64,000 nt of DNA, taken from positions 39,115,555 through 39,179,554 of the forward strand of contig NC_068996.1 of assembly GCF_001194135.2 (NCBI RefSeq), written 5' to 3'. Of the stretch, positions 24,441-36,552 are shown in pieces (the first letter of the stretch is position 1; every line of letters starts with the position of its first letter). This stretch comes from Octopus bimaculoides (Eukaryota). Position numbers and translations under genes: made by a program. The notes under the pieces were generated by a model. The model searched no databases, was not told where the DNA came from, and saw nothing but the letters and a program-made list of their open reading frames with translations.

Positions 24441-25612
24441 ATATATAAATATATGTGTATATATATATATATTCCTATCCATGCTAGCATGGAAGGTAGA
24501 CATTACATGATAATGAAGAGGACGATGATAAATAACAACAAATAAAATCATATCTTTATTGTACATCACACCTTGAAAAATTTTAAGGTGTGATCTACAA
24601 TAAAGAAAAGATTTTCTTTGTACATATTATTTGTTGTTGTTAAATACACTGAATTTCTTAAAATTCTACAAAAGGATTGCTGGCTTTACCTGTCATGCAC
24701 AAGGATTTATCTGGGATTTGAATTCTACTTACATTTACTGGTAGCTGATTGATGAAAATTTAACCTTATTCCTTTATACAGAGTGTTTAATTGATATCTA
24801 CCAGGATTTTTCTAATTCCCATTTTCTCTTATATATATATAATTGACCAGCATAGACCTACATTAACTTCTTAGGGGTGATGGGTAAAAAAATGTAAAAC
24901 GCATATATATATATATATATATACACATGGGTAACAGAGGAGAGTAAGTCACCAGTGGATTGAGCTCCAGATACCGCACTGGTAGTTATTAAAGAAAGAG
25001 AGATTCGAGGTGTTGGAGGATGCTGCTGTTGATGGCTTTCTCCATTGTTTTAATTCTCTCCTACGTGAACTAACATCTAACTTTACCTTCCACCTGAGCG
25101 CCTAAGCAAAAAAATAAACAGTTGCATATACAGCTCAAGAGTAATGATTGCAGGCAACAGACAGAAATGACTGCATCTTCCTTTCGTAAATGTGTTCACT
25201 ACCACTTTACTGGGAATCCAGCAGAGATGATGTCTAGGATATTCCTGTTATAACAGGAACATGGCGTGACAAGGATAAGAATAATGGAAGTGAGTGTAAT
25301 AGTTGGTGGGGTGAAGGAGATTGTCTTTCTTGGGGACGAGACATAGCATTGCATGATTCTAAGGATAAGAGTAGATTCCTGTAAAGAGGAAAAAATTTAA
25401 GAATTTGGTAAGTATAACAGGAAATTTCTAGGGTTACTAATCTTGAAGGAACATTGTTAAAGTTGGTAACCATGTCGCTTTGAAGCAATGAAAGGTATGT
25501 ATATCATCATCATCGTTTAACATACGTCTTCCATGCTAGCATGAGTGGGACGATATACATACATATATATATATCTTATACCTTACATGTATATATATAT
25601 ATCATACCTTCA

Positions 25613-25794
25613 TCATCATCATCGTTTAACATCCGCTTTCCATGCTAGCATGGGTTGGACGATTTGACTGAGGACTGGTGAAACCAGATGGCTACACCAG
25701 GCTCCAGTCTGATTTGGCAGAGTTTCTACAGCTGGATGCCCTTCCTAACGCCAACCACTCAGAGAGTGTAGTGGGTGCTTTTACGTGTCACCCG
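25613..25794 (-). mobile_element. Family B repeat running into an N gap
   Basis: CATCATCATCGTTTAACATCCGCTTTCCATGCTAGC...GGATGCCCTTCCTAACGCCAACC. Confidence 0.9.
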
Positions 25795-26224
25795 NNNNNN
25801 NNNNNNNNNNNNNNNNNNNNNNNNNNNNNNNNNNNNNNNNNNNNNNNNNNNNNNNNNNNNNNNNNNNNNNNNNNNNNNNNNNNNNNNNNNNNNNNNNNNN
25901 NNNNNNNNNNNNNNNNNNNNNNNNNNNNNNNNNNNNNNNNNNNNNNNNNNNNNNNNNNNNNNNNNNNNNNNNNNNNNNNNNNNNNNNNNNNNNNNNNNNN
26001 NNNNNNNNNNNNNNNNNNNNNNNNNNNNNNNNNNNNNNNNNNNNNNNNNNNNNNNNNNNNNNNNNNNNNNNNNNNNNNNNNNNNNNNNNNNNNNNNNNNN
26101 NNNNNNNNNNNNNNNNNNNNNNNNNNNNNNNNNNNNNNNNNNNNNNNNNNNNNNNNNNNNNNNNNNNNNNNNNNNNNNNNNNNNNNNNNNNNNNNNNNNN
26201 NNNNNNNNNNNNNNNNNNNNNNNN

Positions 26225-26260
<36 letters not shown>

Positions 26261-26859
26261 CCTAAATCCTTTAGAATTTAAATCGGCCATAATCTACCTT
26301 TTTTTTATGTTCATACAACCAGTCGTATCATTGAAATCTTGATGGTATAAGATCATGATAAAGCATGATTAGTTGATAACAATGAGAATAAATAAGCAAT
26401 ACATTTGACAAAATAATTTGAATGCTAAAGGATTAAGGTGGGAAATCTGGAAACATGGGAAAGAATGGAATTGGGAAATTTACTGAGTGTGTGCACATGT
26501 GGAGTTGGCTACTAAGTGGGTAGTGAAAGTGGAGGCTTTCTATACAAGGGTACTGCTCAGTGAATCAGTGTTGTAATGTATGAGGTATAAAAGTAGTTGA
26601 AATTCCATGAAAGAACAAAGAGGCTTTGTTTTTTTAATCATCACAACTGCTATTGAGGTCAATTTGGACAGCTGAAGGATTTTTGCATGTATGAAAGAGA
26701 ATTCTTCAAATTTGGTGGCATCCTTTAAGTAAAGGACCAAAAGAACCAGCTGCAGTTTGGAAGGTGGAATAGTTTGAAGGTTGTACGATGAACAAAGTCA
26801 TCTCTATATAAACAGATGCATATATACACACACACACATACACTTCAATTATTTCTTTT

Positions 26860-27615
26860 ATCTGTCTTTCACTTGCTTCAGTACTGCAGCCATGCTGGAG
26901 CATTACCTTGATAGGTTTAGTCTCAAACAAACTGACCCCAGTACTTATTCTATTGTTCTCCTTTTGTCAAACTGCTAAGTTACAGGGACATAAACAAATC
27001 AACGCTGCTTGGCAACCAGTGTTGGAGGACAAACACAAAGTACACACACAGATATATGCATGTATACAACAGGCTTCTTTCAGTTTCTATCTTCCAAATC
27101 CACTTACAAAGCTTTGGTCAGCTTCAGGCTATACTAGAAGACACTTGCCCAAAGTACCATGTAGTGGGACTGAACCCAAAACCACATGTTTGGAAAGCAA
27201 ACATCTTACCACACAGCCATCCCTGTGCCCATATACATCTTTTATCTTTTGTTTATTTCATGTCATTAGAGTGTGGCCATGCTGGGGCACCCCTTTGAAG
27301 AACTTGTAATCAAATGAATTAATCTCAGTATTTAATTTTTTTTTTTTTTTTGCCAAACTGCTAAGCCAAAGGGGATGTAAATGCACCAACACTGGTTGTC
27401 AAGCAGTGTTGGGGACAAATACACACACACACACACATATATATATATACAAGACAGGCTTCTTTCAGTTTCCATCCACCAAATCAGCTCACAAGACTTT
27501 GGTTGGCCTAAGGCTATAGTAGAAGACACTTGCCTAAGGTGCCATGCAGTGGGACTGAACCCAGAGCCATGTGGTTGGGAAGCAAGCTTCTTACCACTCA
27601 GCCACAACTGCACCT
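26860..27615 (-). mobile_element. Two tandem SINE family A copies, CpG-decayed
   Basis: Two successive tail-to-head reads (about 26860-27230 and 27240-27615). Confidence 0.85.
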
Positions 27616-29435
27616 ATATNNNNNNNNNNNNNNNNNNNNNNNNNNNNNNNNNNNNNNNNNNNNNNNNNNNNNNNNNNNNNNAAAATACAGTTTATTTCTA
27701 TTATTTCTAATGGGGAAAAAATATACCCCAATTAGGAGAAACTATTCCATTTTTTAATTTTTACTCTTTTGCTTTTCGTACATGATAGATCCTTCAGCTG
27801 CCGAAATTGGCCTCAATAGCACTTGGGATGATAAAAAGAACAGACCCTTTTGGTTCTTTCATAGAATTTTAACTACAGTCATCCATGGCAGTTCTGCCTT
27901 CATAATTGGATTCAAGAATTACAAATATTACCATAGCAAGTAAATATACACACACTTGAGATAATTACAAACAATTTGTCACTTAAATTTGATGGTGTGT
28001 ATATATGTGAAATGATTCAAAGGAATGGCCCTCATCAACTAGGATTTGATAAATTTAAAGATAAAATGTTTATAGTGGACATGTAAACATCTATAGTAAC
28101 AAATACGAAAACGAATGTCAGTGTGTCACACTTTTTCAACTTTACTCCTTTGACCCCCTCTCTCACTATTCAATGACACTTCTACTATTACTCATGCTTT
28201 ACCCCTCTCTCACTATTCAATGACTCTTCTACTATTCTTCATTCTTGGTTTTTTCTTAATCCTAATATTTTGAAATAAATATTTCTCTAAATATTGTAAC
28301 TATTTCCAAAATAAACATTTTGAAAAAATCTTTCTCTAAATATAATAGCTGTATCGAGTAATTAACCATAACATGTGCTTCATAACATTCAGAACTGAAA
28401 TACGTAACTCCCATAATTCTCTACCATAAAAATTTTGGAAACTTAATATTTTTTCGGATATTAATAAAATTTGTCGGACCTATGGCAACTTAGCACACTC
28501 CGACTACATGAAAATAGATTTCACTAATTTTATTATTACCTTAAAAAATACTAAATTTCAAACATCTTTATGGTCAAATACGTTTAGAGCAATTTCAAAG
28601 CATAAAAATCACACTTTAAAATAGTGTTTAGTGAAAGTGATGTAATTTTCCTTCAAACTATGAACAAGAGTTTAGATATGTACCAGCTACTACAAATAAT
28701 TGTACGAAAAGTACATCAAATTGTCTTTAAATTAAGTGGTAGTGGAAGAATTATTGTTGAAGTTTATTGTTGCCTACGGCCAGCTATATATTAGTTGTTC
28801 AAAGGTAGGGAACAGAAACAAATTATTTGTACTGACCCTGAATGGGAAGACAAAAAAATGTTGTTTATCATGCAGGTTTGCAATAAAGTTCCAAGTCAAC
28901 AAATTGTGTCATTGTTTTAATGAAAATTGTTCATTGCTTGAAAACTATTGTTCAAGTTAATAAAATTTAATATGTACTCAATGCATGAAGTGTCATTGTT
29001 GGGCCCAAGGCCCAATGAAGAGCACTCCACAGAAGCTACCTTAACTAGCTTAACCTAGTGATATATATATATATACACATATATATAACATTAGCTTGAC
29101 TCAGAATTCCATTGTGGTGTTAGTGGGGTTCAGTTAAATGGTAATTAGGTTGTGATGGTGAGGTCTTCCAGAGAAATTTGGGGTTATGTTATTATTATTC
29201 AGAATTTATCAATGCATAAAGAACTTTGTCAACAGGAGTGGTTATTTAAGTGTGTCAGCTCCAGGTCATGGGATTGTTTTTTTTTTTTTTAGTGGTTCAC
29301 AAAAAGGATGTAGGTAGGTAAAGGGAGATTTTGGTCAGCAGACGATTAGTTTTAGTTATTTTTGGTTTTATTTGGATTTAATCTTTTACTTTGATAATGT
29401 AAAGGTCAAAGTTCAAAGTTTAGTCTAGCATTTAA

Positions 29436-29650
29436 CCCTTTAGCATTCAGGTCACTGTTAAATACAATATTTATTTATTCACAAAGCCTTGGCATCTCAA
29501 AACCCTGAGATAATTCATAAATTCAATATGATTGTTTATCTGTAGAATAACACTATAGGATAGGTATAATAGGCTGGACCTGGTCAGTTTGAACAAAAAG
29601 CAGATAGAATATACGGACTGGATATAGTCTGTTTGAATGCTAAAGGTTAA
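29436..29650 (+). mobile_element. piggyBac-type MITE
   Basis: TTAA-CCCTTTAGCATTCAG...AATGCTAAAGG-TTAA. Confidence 0.85.
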
Positions 29651-30189
29651 AAGCTTAGTCATTGGGTGTGGCAGTTTTTTGTAATGTTATTTTTAAGGAT
29701 TTACAAAAGATTGTAAGCAGGGGGTTTTGTTTCAGTTAATTAGTAAGGTTCTGTTTCTGCTGTTATTTGGGATATCTTCTGCCTGTATTTGGAAGGTGGA
29801 AATTATTAGTGGAGCACGTCATAGTGTTGTTAAATATAGAAATTTGTTTATCTTGTGCTCTGATGTTCACAGGAAGATGTGGGTAGGAGTGAAGGTTTCT
29901 GGTCCAAATGTTTCTCTCTAGTTCATTGTTCTATAAGCAATTTAATTAATATGTAGGAATTTTAATCGTTGTGTTTTATGGAGGCAGAGTTTGTGGGCTA
30001 TGTGTTAATAAACATTACTTCAATTTTGTTTCAAACACAGGTATTTTATAATATATTATTTTAGGCAGCATGTGGATATATGCAAAAATTTCAGGCCTTC
30101 TGCTTATAGTGGAAATGACTATTTATAGCTTTATGTGTTTTCTGAGATCCCCTATTCAAAAAAAAAAAAAAATTATATTCTTATGATGT

Positions 30190-30241
<52 letters not shown>

Positions 30242-30409
30242 AGGACTGAAACTTTTCAATGCCGGCATCTTGTGTGCCCTATCATAATTATAAATAAATT
30301 ATAAAATTTTGGATTTGCCACTTATTAGATTTTGCTTCCTGGCCACTGATATTATTGTTGTTATTATTTATTTTACTAATAATATCTATATAAATATTTT
30401 TTGAGTATT

Positions 30410-30905
30410 TATGAAATTGAGCGTGGCCATATTGGGGCATTGCCTTGAAGAGTTCTAGTTGAACAAATCAACCCTGGGACTTATTTAAGCCTAGTACTTA
30501 TTCTATTGGTCTCTTTTGCCAAACTGCTAAGTTATGAGGATGTAAATACACCAACATCAGTTGCCAAGTGATGGTTGGTGGATAAACAGACACATAAAAG
30601 TGTGTGTATATATATATATATATACGTACACGACAGGCTTCTTTCAGTTTTTGTCAACCAAATCCACTCACTAACTTCTTACCACACAGCCATACCCGTG
30701 CCTATATATATATATAGCTTACTGTTTCATTCAGGTAAGATCAACAAAATATATATATATATTTTAGCTTCTGTCTACCAAATCCACTGATTGGCCCAAG
30801 GCTATACTAGAAAGCACTTGCCCAAGGTGCCACAAAATGGGATTGAACCTGGAACCATGTGGTTGGGAAACAAGCTTCTTATCACACAGCCATGCTTGCA
30901 CCTAT
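30410..30905 (-). mobile_element. SINE family A with an internal duplication
   Basis: The CTACCAAATCCACT and CTTCTTACCACACAGCC blocks each occur twice. Confidence 0.8.
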
Positions 30906-31215
30906 ATATATAAATACATATGTATACATAGCTTACTATTTCATTAAGGTAACATCAACAGAGAAAAAAAGTATTCCATCCAGTGAGACAAAAATCATTT
31001 AAAGTACACAATATAAAGTTACTAGCTACTATAGCTTCTTGCTTTGGAGACGCAGGTCTTGGCAGGTTTTAGGTAGTGACAAAAAACCTACCTAGACCTG
31101 TGTTTCCAAAGCAGGAAGCTATTAGTAGCTCATATTTTCATACTGTGTACATTAAATGACATATATATATACACAAATCATTGTTTAATGTTTGCCTTCC
31201 ATGGTGGGATGATAT

Positions 31216-31805
31216 CATCATCGTTTAACGTCTGCTATCCAAGCTGGTATGGGTTAAATGGTTTGACTGAGGACTGGCAAGGCAGGAGGCTGCACAAGGT
31301 TCCAATCTGATCTGGAAAGGTTTCTACAGCTGGATGCCCTTCCTAATGCCAACCACTCCAAGTGTAGTGGGTGCTTTTTATGTGCCACCAGTATGGGGGC
31401 CAGTCAGGTGACACTGGCATGATATATATAGATATATAATATCATGCGTAGCTGTGTTGTAAGAAGTTTGCTTACCAACCACATGGTTCTGGGTTCAGTC
31501 CCACTGCGTGTCACCTTGGGCAAGTGACTTCTAGTATAGTCTCAGGCAGACCAAAGCCTTATGAGTGGATTTGGTAGACAGAAAACTGAAAGAAGTGTGT
31601 TGTGTGTATGTCTCTTTATCCCCCACCACCACTGGACAACTAGTGTTAGTGTGTTTACGTCCCTGTAACTTATTGATCAATAAAAGAGACAGAATATGTA
31701 TCTCGCTAAAAAAAAAAAAAGTACTGGGGTTGATTCGTTCAGCTAAAAATTATTCAAGATGGTGTCTCAGCATAGTTGCAGTGTGACTGAAACAAGTAAA
31801 GATAA
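31216..31805. mobile_element. Family B (-, 31216-31420) adjacent to SINE A (+, 31445-31805)
   Basis: Diagnostic motifs of both families. Confidence 0.8.
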
Positions 31806-33164
31806 GATATATGTGTGTGTGTGTGTAGGGAATTTTCCTGTTGGCTTTAACACATGAAAGTCTAACAACCAACATTAAAGCTGTTAGTCTACCTACTTAG
31901 ATTATTTGTATTCATGGTGAAAGCTTGTTTTAGCACCAGCAACATTATTTGGGAATGCCTATAACCACAAAGTTGAGGAAATGTTTGCCACAGTCAATGA
32001 ACAATATAGCTCAAATTTTTCTATTGTATCAGTACCACCATATAAGTAGTCAGTACCTGTGCTGGTATCACATAAAAGCACCCAGCACACTCTGTAAAGT
32101 GGCTGACATTTTGAAGGGTATCCAGCCATAGAAACCAAGCCAAATCAGACCAGAACCTAGTGACTCTCTGGTTTGCCAGCTCAGGTCAAACCATCCAACC
32201 CATGCCAGCATAGAAAATAGACATTAAAGGAGATGATGATGAGATCTCCTAGGTTTGTTGCCTGTAGCATGGCACTCTGGAAAGTTAAATGCACACTTGG
32301 GTTCCAAACCAGAAGTTTCTAAATCCTTCTATGTACATTCATATACACAGGCAACATGCAACTGGATGGCTGTTGGTTCTCCTTAGTTCATCCACTCTTT
32401 GAAAGCTTTCGTTTTTACATCATGCAGAGTATTCAAAAAGACCATTTGAAACTGACATTGTTGGTCACGATGACAAGGGTTTCAATTGATCTTATCAACA
32501 GAACAGCCTACTTTGTGAAGTGGCTGAGCACTCCACAAACAAGTAGTTCTTGGAGAGATTCAGCTTGACACAGTGTGACAAGGCTGGCCCCTTGAAATAC
32601 ATGTACTACTCATTTTTACTAGCTGAGTGGACTGGAGCGATGTGTTAGCACACATAGTAAGAAGTTTGCTTCCTAACCACATCATTTAGGTTCCAGTCTC
32701 AAAGCATGGTACCCTGGGCAAGTGTCTTTTACTATAATCCTAGGCCTTGCAATCAACTTGGTAGACAGAAACTGAGAAAAGTCTATTGCATATTAAAGGC
32801 AAAGAGACAGTACACAGACATGCATACATACACCTGTGTGCACATTCTTGCGTTATGGTCGCCTTGACATCACATGATAGTTGTTAGCGAATGTCACCCT
32901 CATGAAAATGGTGTCCTTTGTTCCCAATATTCTGAGACTGGTCATAGGGAAATATTACCTAACATAGAGACAAGTGTGGGCTAGTGACAGATAGAAACTT
33001 TGCTCTACAAATTCTGTACGACCCATATGAGCATGAAGTACACGTTAAATGATGATGATGATGGTAAAAACAGCATACACGTCCAGTATAAACACTTTGC
33101 TTTTTTAAAAATTTATTATGTTCTGGTAGACACATACATGCTCGATTTACACACATGTAAATAT

Positions 33165-33372
33165 TGATTTCAAATTTTTGGTACAAGGTCAGCAATTTCG
33201 GGGAAGGGGCTAAACGATTATATTGACACCAGTACTCAACTGGTACTTATTTTACAGACCCTGAAAGGATGAAAGGCGAAGTCAACCTCGGTGGAATTTG
33301 AACTCAGAAAGTGAAGACGAAATGTCGTTAAGCATTTTGCCTGGTGTGCTAACAATACTGCCAGTTTGCAGC
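33165..33372 (-). mobile_element. SINE family C
   Basis: AAGGATGAAAGGCGAAGTCAACCTCGGTGGAATTTGAACTCAG block. Confidence 0.85.
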
Positions 33373-33399
33373 CTTGTGCACACAAAAATATCAATATCA

Positions 33400-33439
<40 letters not shown>

Positions 33440-33445
<6 letters not shown>

Positions 33446-33549
33446 GATCTAATTTGGATTCTTTGCCATCAAATTTGAATTCTTTGCAATTAAATTCAAT
33501 TGCAAAGAATTCAAATTTGATGACAAAGAATCCAAACTAGATCGAAAAC
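33440..33549. repeat. Near-perfect inverted repeat (52-bp arms, 6-nt loop)
   Basis: 33440-33491 vs 33498-33549: two mismatches. Confidence 0.95.
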
Positions 33550-33820
33550 ATCTATCTNNNNNNNNNNNNNNNNNNNNNNNNNNNNNNNNNNNNNNNNNNN
33601 NNNNNNNNNNNNNNNNNNNNNNNNNNNNNNNNNNNNNNNNNNNNNNNNNNNNNNNNNNNNNNNNNNNNNNNNNNNNNNNNNNNNNNNNNNNNNNNNNNNN
33701 NNNNNNNNNNNNNNNNNNNNNNNNNNNNNNNNNNNNNNNNNNNNNNNNNNNNNNNNNNNNNNNNNNNNNNNNNNNNNNNNNNNNNNNNNNNNNNNNNNNN
33801 NNNNNNNNNNNNNNNNNNNN

Positions 33821-33851
<31 letters not shown>

Positions 33852-34539
33852 ATTGAACATATGAATTGTAATTATCTGTGTGTATATAAATTACAAGCCA
33901 TGGTAATATTCGTAATTCATTGAAACCGATTGTAAACGACGCAAAATAGCTATGAACAACTGCGGTTGAAATTCACTGAAATAACAAAGAGGCTTTAATG
34001 ATAATTGTTTTTTCTTTTTATCATCGGAAGTGCCAATGGGTAGAGGTCAAGTTGGGCAGCTGAAGGCCCGTGTATGCATGTATGTCAGTGTTTCACAATC
34101 GGGATCCATGCAAGCTGAATAGTAAATGGAGGATCCACAGTAGTATGTTAAGGGTCCATACAAAAAAAAAAAAAAAAAAATTGCTTCTGATGTATTTTAT
34201 GGCAAGGAACAGTAAGGTTTCTTTCTCTTACGTTGTACATAGTTCAACCTAGTAAATGTGTGAATAACAAAATAGAAATACCTATAAAACTAGTTTTTAC
34301 AAATCGAACGGCTATGGGGGATCCACCAGAGTAATAATAGTACTGGAGGGGTTCAAAGGTTAAAATGAACAAAAAAAAAAAAAAAANNNNNNNNNNAAAA
34401 AAAAAAAAAAAAAAAACCCATCGAGAACTGCTACTACTCAAAGGCGAGAGTCGTAGAAACACACACACACAGTGTCAGACAAAGAGGGATACTTTATGCT
34501 AATTGGTATATTTTCCCCCTTTGGAAATAAACTTTTCTA

Positions 34540-34716
34540 CAATAGGCACAACGCGATCCTCCTAGTGCTTAGCTGGTACTTATTTCATTCATCGACTCCG
34601 AAAAGGATGAAAGGCAAAGCCGACCGACCGACCTCAGCGGAATATGAACGTAAAGACGGACGAAATGTCATTTAGCATTTTGTCCGGCTTGCTTTACAAT
34701 TCTGCCCGCTCGCCGT
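34540..34716 (-). mobile_element. SINE family C
   Basis: GAAAAGGATGAAAGGCAAAGC...CCTCAGCGGAAT block. Confidence 0.8.
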
Positions 34717-34862
34717 CTGTTCCCTTCGGAAATAATGTATTTTAATTTCACGACTAAATATACAAGTAAAATATATAAATGAAAATATATATCGCCACAC
34801 ACACACACATATATATAATGTAAATGATGAGGAAAAAAGAACAGTATACAAAATTATGGGCG

Positions 34863-34987
34863 GAGTTTTGGAATAGCTGTCCCTGCCTCATAGGGAAGGA
34901 AGAGGAAATAGATTTAGGGGCTTAGGGGCAAAAAAATGTGGAAAATTTCATCCCCCATAAAAGGTAGGAGTAGTTATTCCAAAACTC
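34863..34987. mobile_element. Small MITE-like element with 16-bp IRs
   Basis: GAGTTTTGGAATAGCT / AGTTATTCCAAAACTC (15/16). Confidence 0.45.
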
Positions 34988-36032
34988 AACTGAATTATGA
35001 GCAATCAAGTCATTAAAAATACGATACAAATCAAATTTTACGAGTAGAGAGAAAGCAAGAAATTTCCAATTAGCAGATTTTGATTTTCAAGAATTTTTAA
35101 ATAAACAAAACTTATAAACGTTTTAAAAGTGTTAGTGACCACTCATAACTTAAAGTGGTTTGAAATGTAGCATAAAATGGTGGAAAAAATAATAAAAAGA
35201 ATTAAATGTAACAAAAATGTAATAAAAAAATTGTTTCGGCAAATAGGGAAAACTATGGTAGTTTAGAGCTGCAAAAGATATTTACAAAATGCTCTTTAAA
35301 TGAGATTTTGATGCTTGAGAAAGTGAATGGCATTAGTTATAGTAAGATCTGGAAAGAAAACAAAATGGAATGTCATTTCTGGAGCGCATTTCATTATTGA
35401 ATCTTTTCTATTTTTGTATATAAATATCAATTTGTTACATACAACATACAATATATATAAAGACAAAAAATAATAATTTATTCATGTTTGACAATGCCCG
35501 CATGTAATAAAACATACATAGATACATATATACAGAGCAAATAAGTTTGAAGAAATTAAAAAATAAAAATGGTGATCAATTAAGAATTGGGAAATAAATA
35601 GAATGCCATGATTGAAAATGTTTTCTTTACACAAAAAAGAAAAAGAAAAGAGGAATCCTTTAATTGAAGTATTAATCTCATACAAAACCAACTTAAGGTC
35701 TTCAGGGCATGACCATTCTATCTTATTTTTTAAAGACTACATTATTCATCAATGTATCTATCCCTCCCCTTTTTGTAAGATGGTAGGATGTGATTTGAGG
35801 AAGACTAGGTTTGCAATTTTTAGCCGGTTGAACGAATATGTAGAGCTTTTCCCGTTGGCTCAGTGTAAATCGTAGGGGGGAAAAGTTGTGGTGTTCATCC
35901 TTTTCACAAAGTTTTAACATACACACACGTTATGATATATATATATACATACATACGAACACACACACATATACGCATTTACATATTTATATCTAAAAAT
36001 GTTTGTAAATAAAAATGGACGTCTTGCGTATG

Positions 36033-36070
<38 letters not shown>

Positions 36071-36153
36071 AGAGAGATGATGTATGACTATATACCTTCA
36101 TACATATATATATGTGTTTTTGCTGATCATGCTATATGTATGACTATATACAT

Positions 36154-36203
<50 letters not shown>

Positions 36204-36520
36204 GTAATGTATATATGTATTTATGTGTGCGTGTTTGCTGATCATGTTAATGTATAACTATATACATCCATATATATATTTATACATATATATACATACA
36301 CACACATATATGAAATGTACATATTAGATATTTTCAAAATATCATTTAGCTTGACACCATTATTAAATATATATATATATATGTATGTGTATATATATAC
36401 ATAATATAAATATTATGTATGTATGTATGGACATAAATGTAAATAAAATGAAAGTGAACCAAAATGGACGTCTTGCGCCCGTAAAGGCCATCTAGTCCTC
36501 TAATGTGTATGTATGTGTTC

Positions 36521-36552
<32 letters not shown>

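Noticed and set aside
24940-25500. Several splice-site-like signals on both strands
   Set aside because: No consistent open, phase-compatible exon could be built
28140-28245. Two-copy tandem repeat of about 45 bp; similar local duplications near 22005-22105 and 36000-36480
   Set aside because: Ordinary slippage duplications with no further structure
29660-30160. Possible decayed Penelope-like ORF on the minus strand
   Set aside because: Only vague similarity with many stops; not supportable without a search
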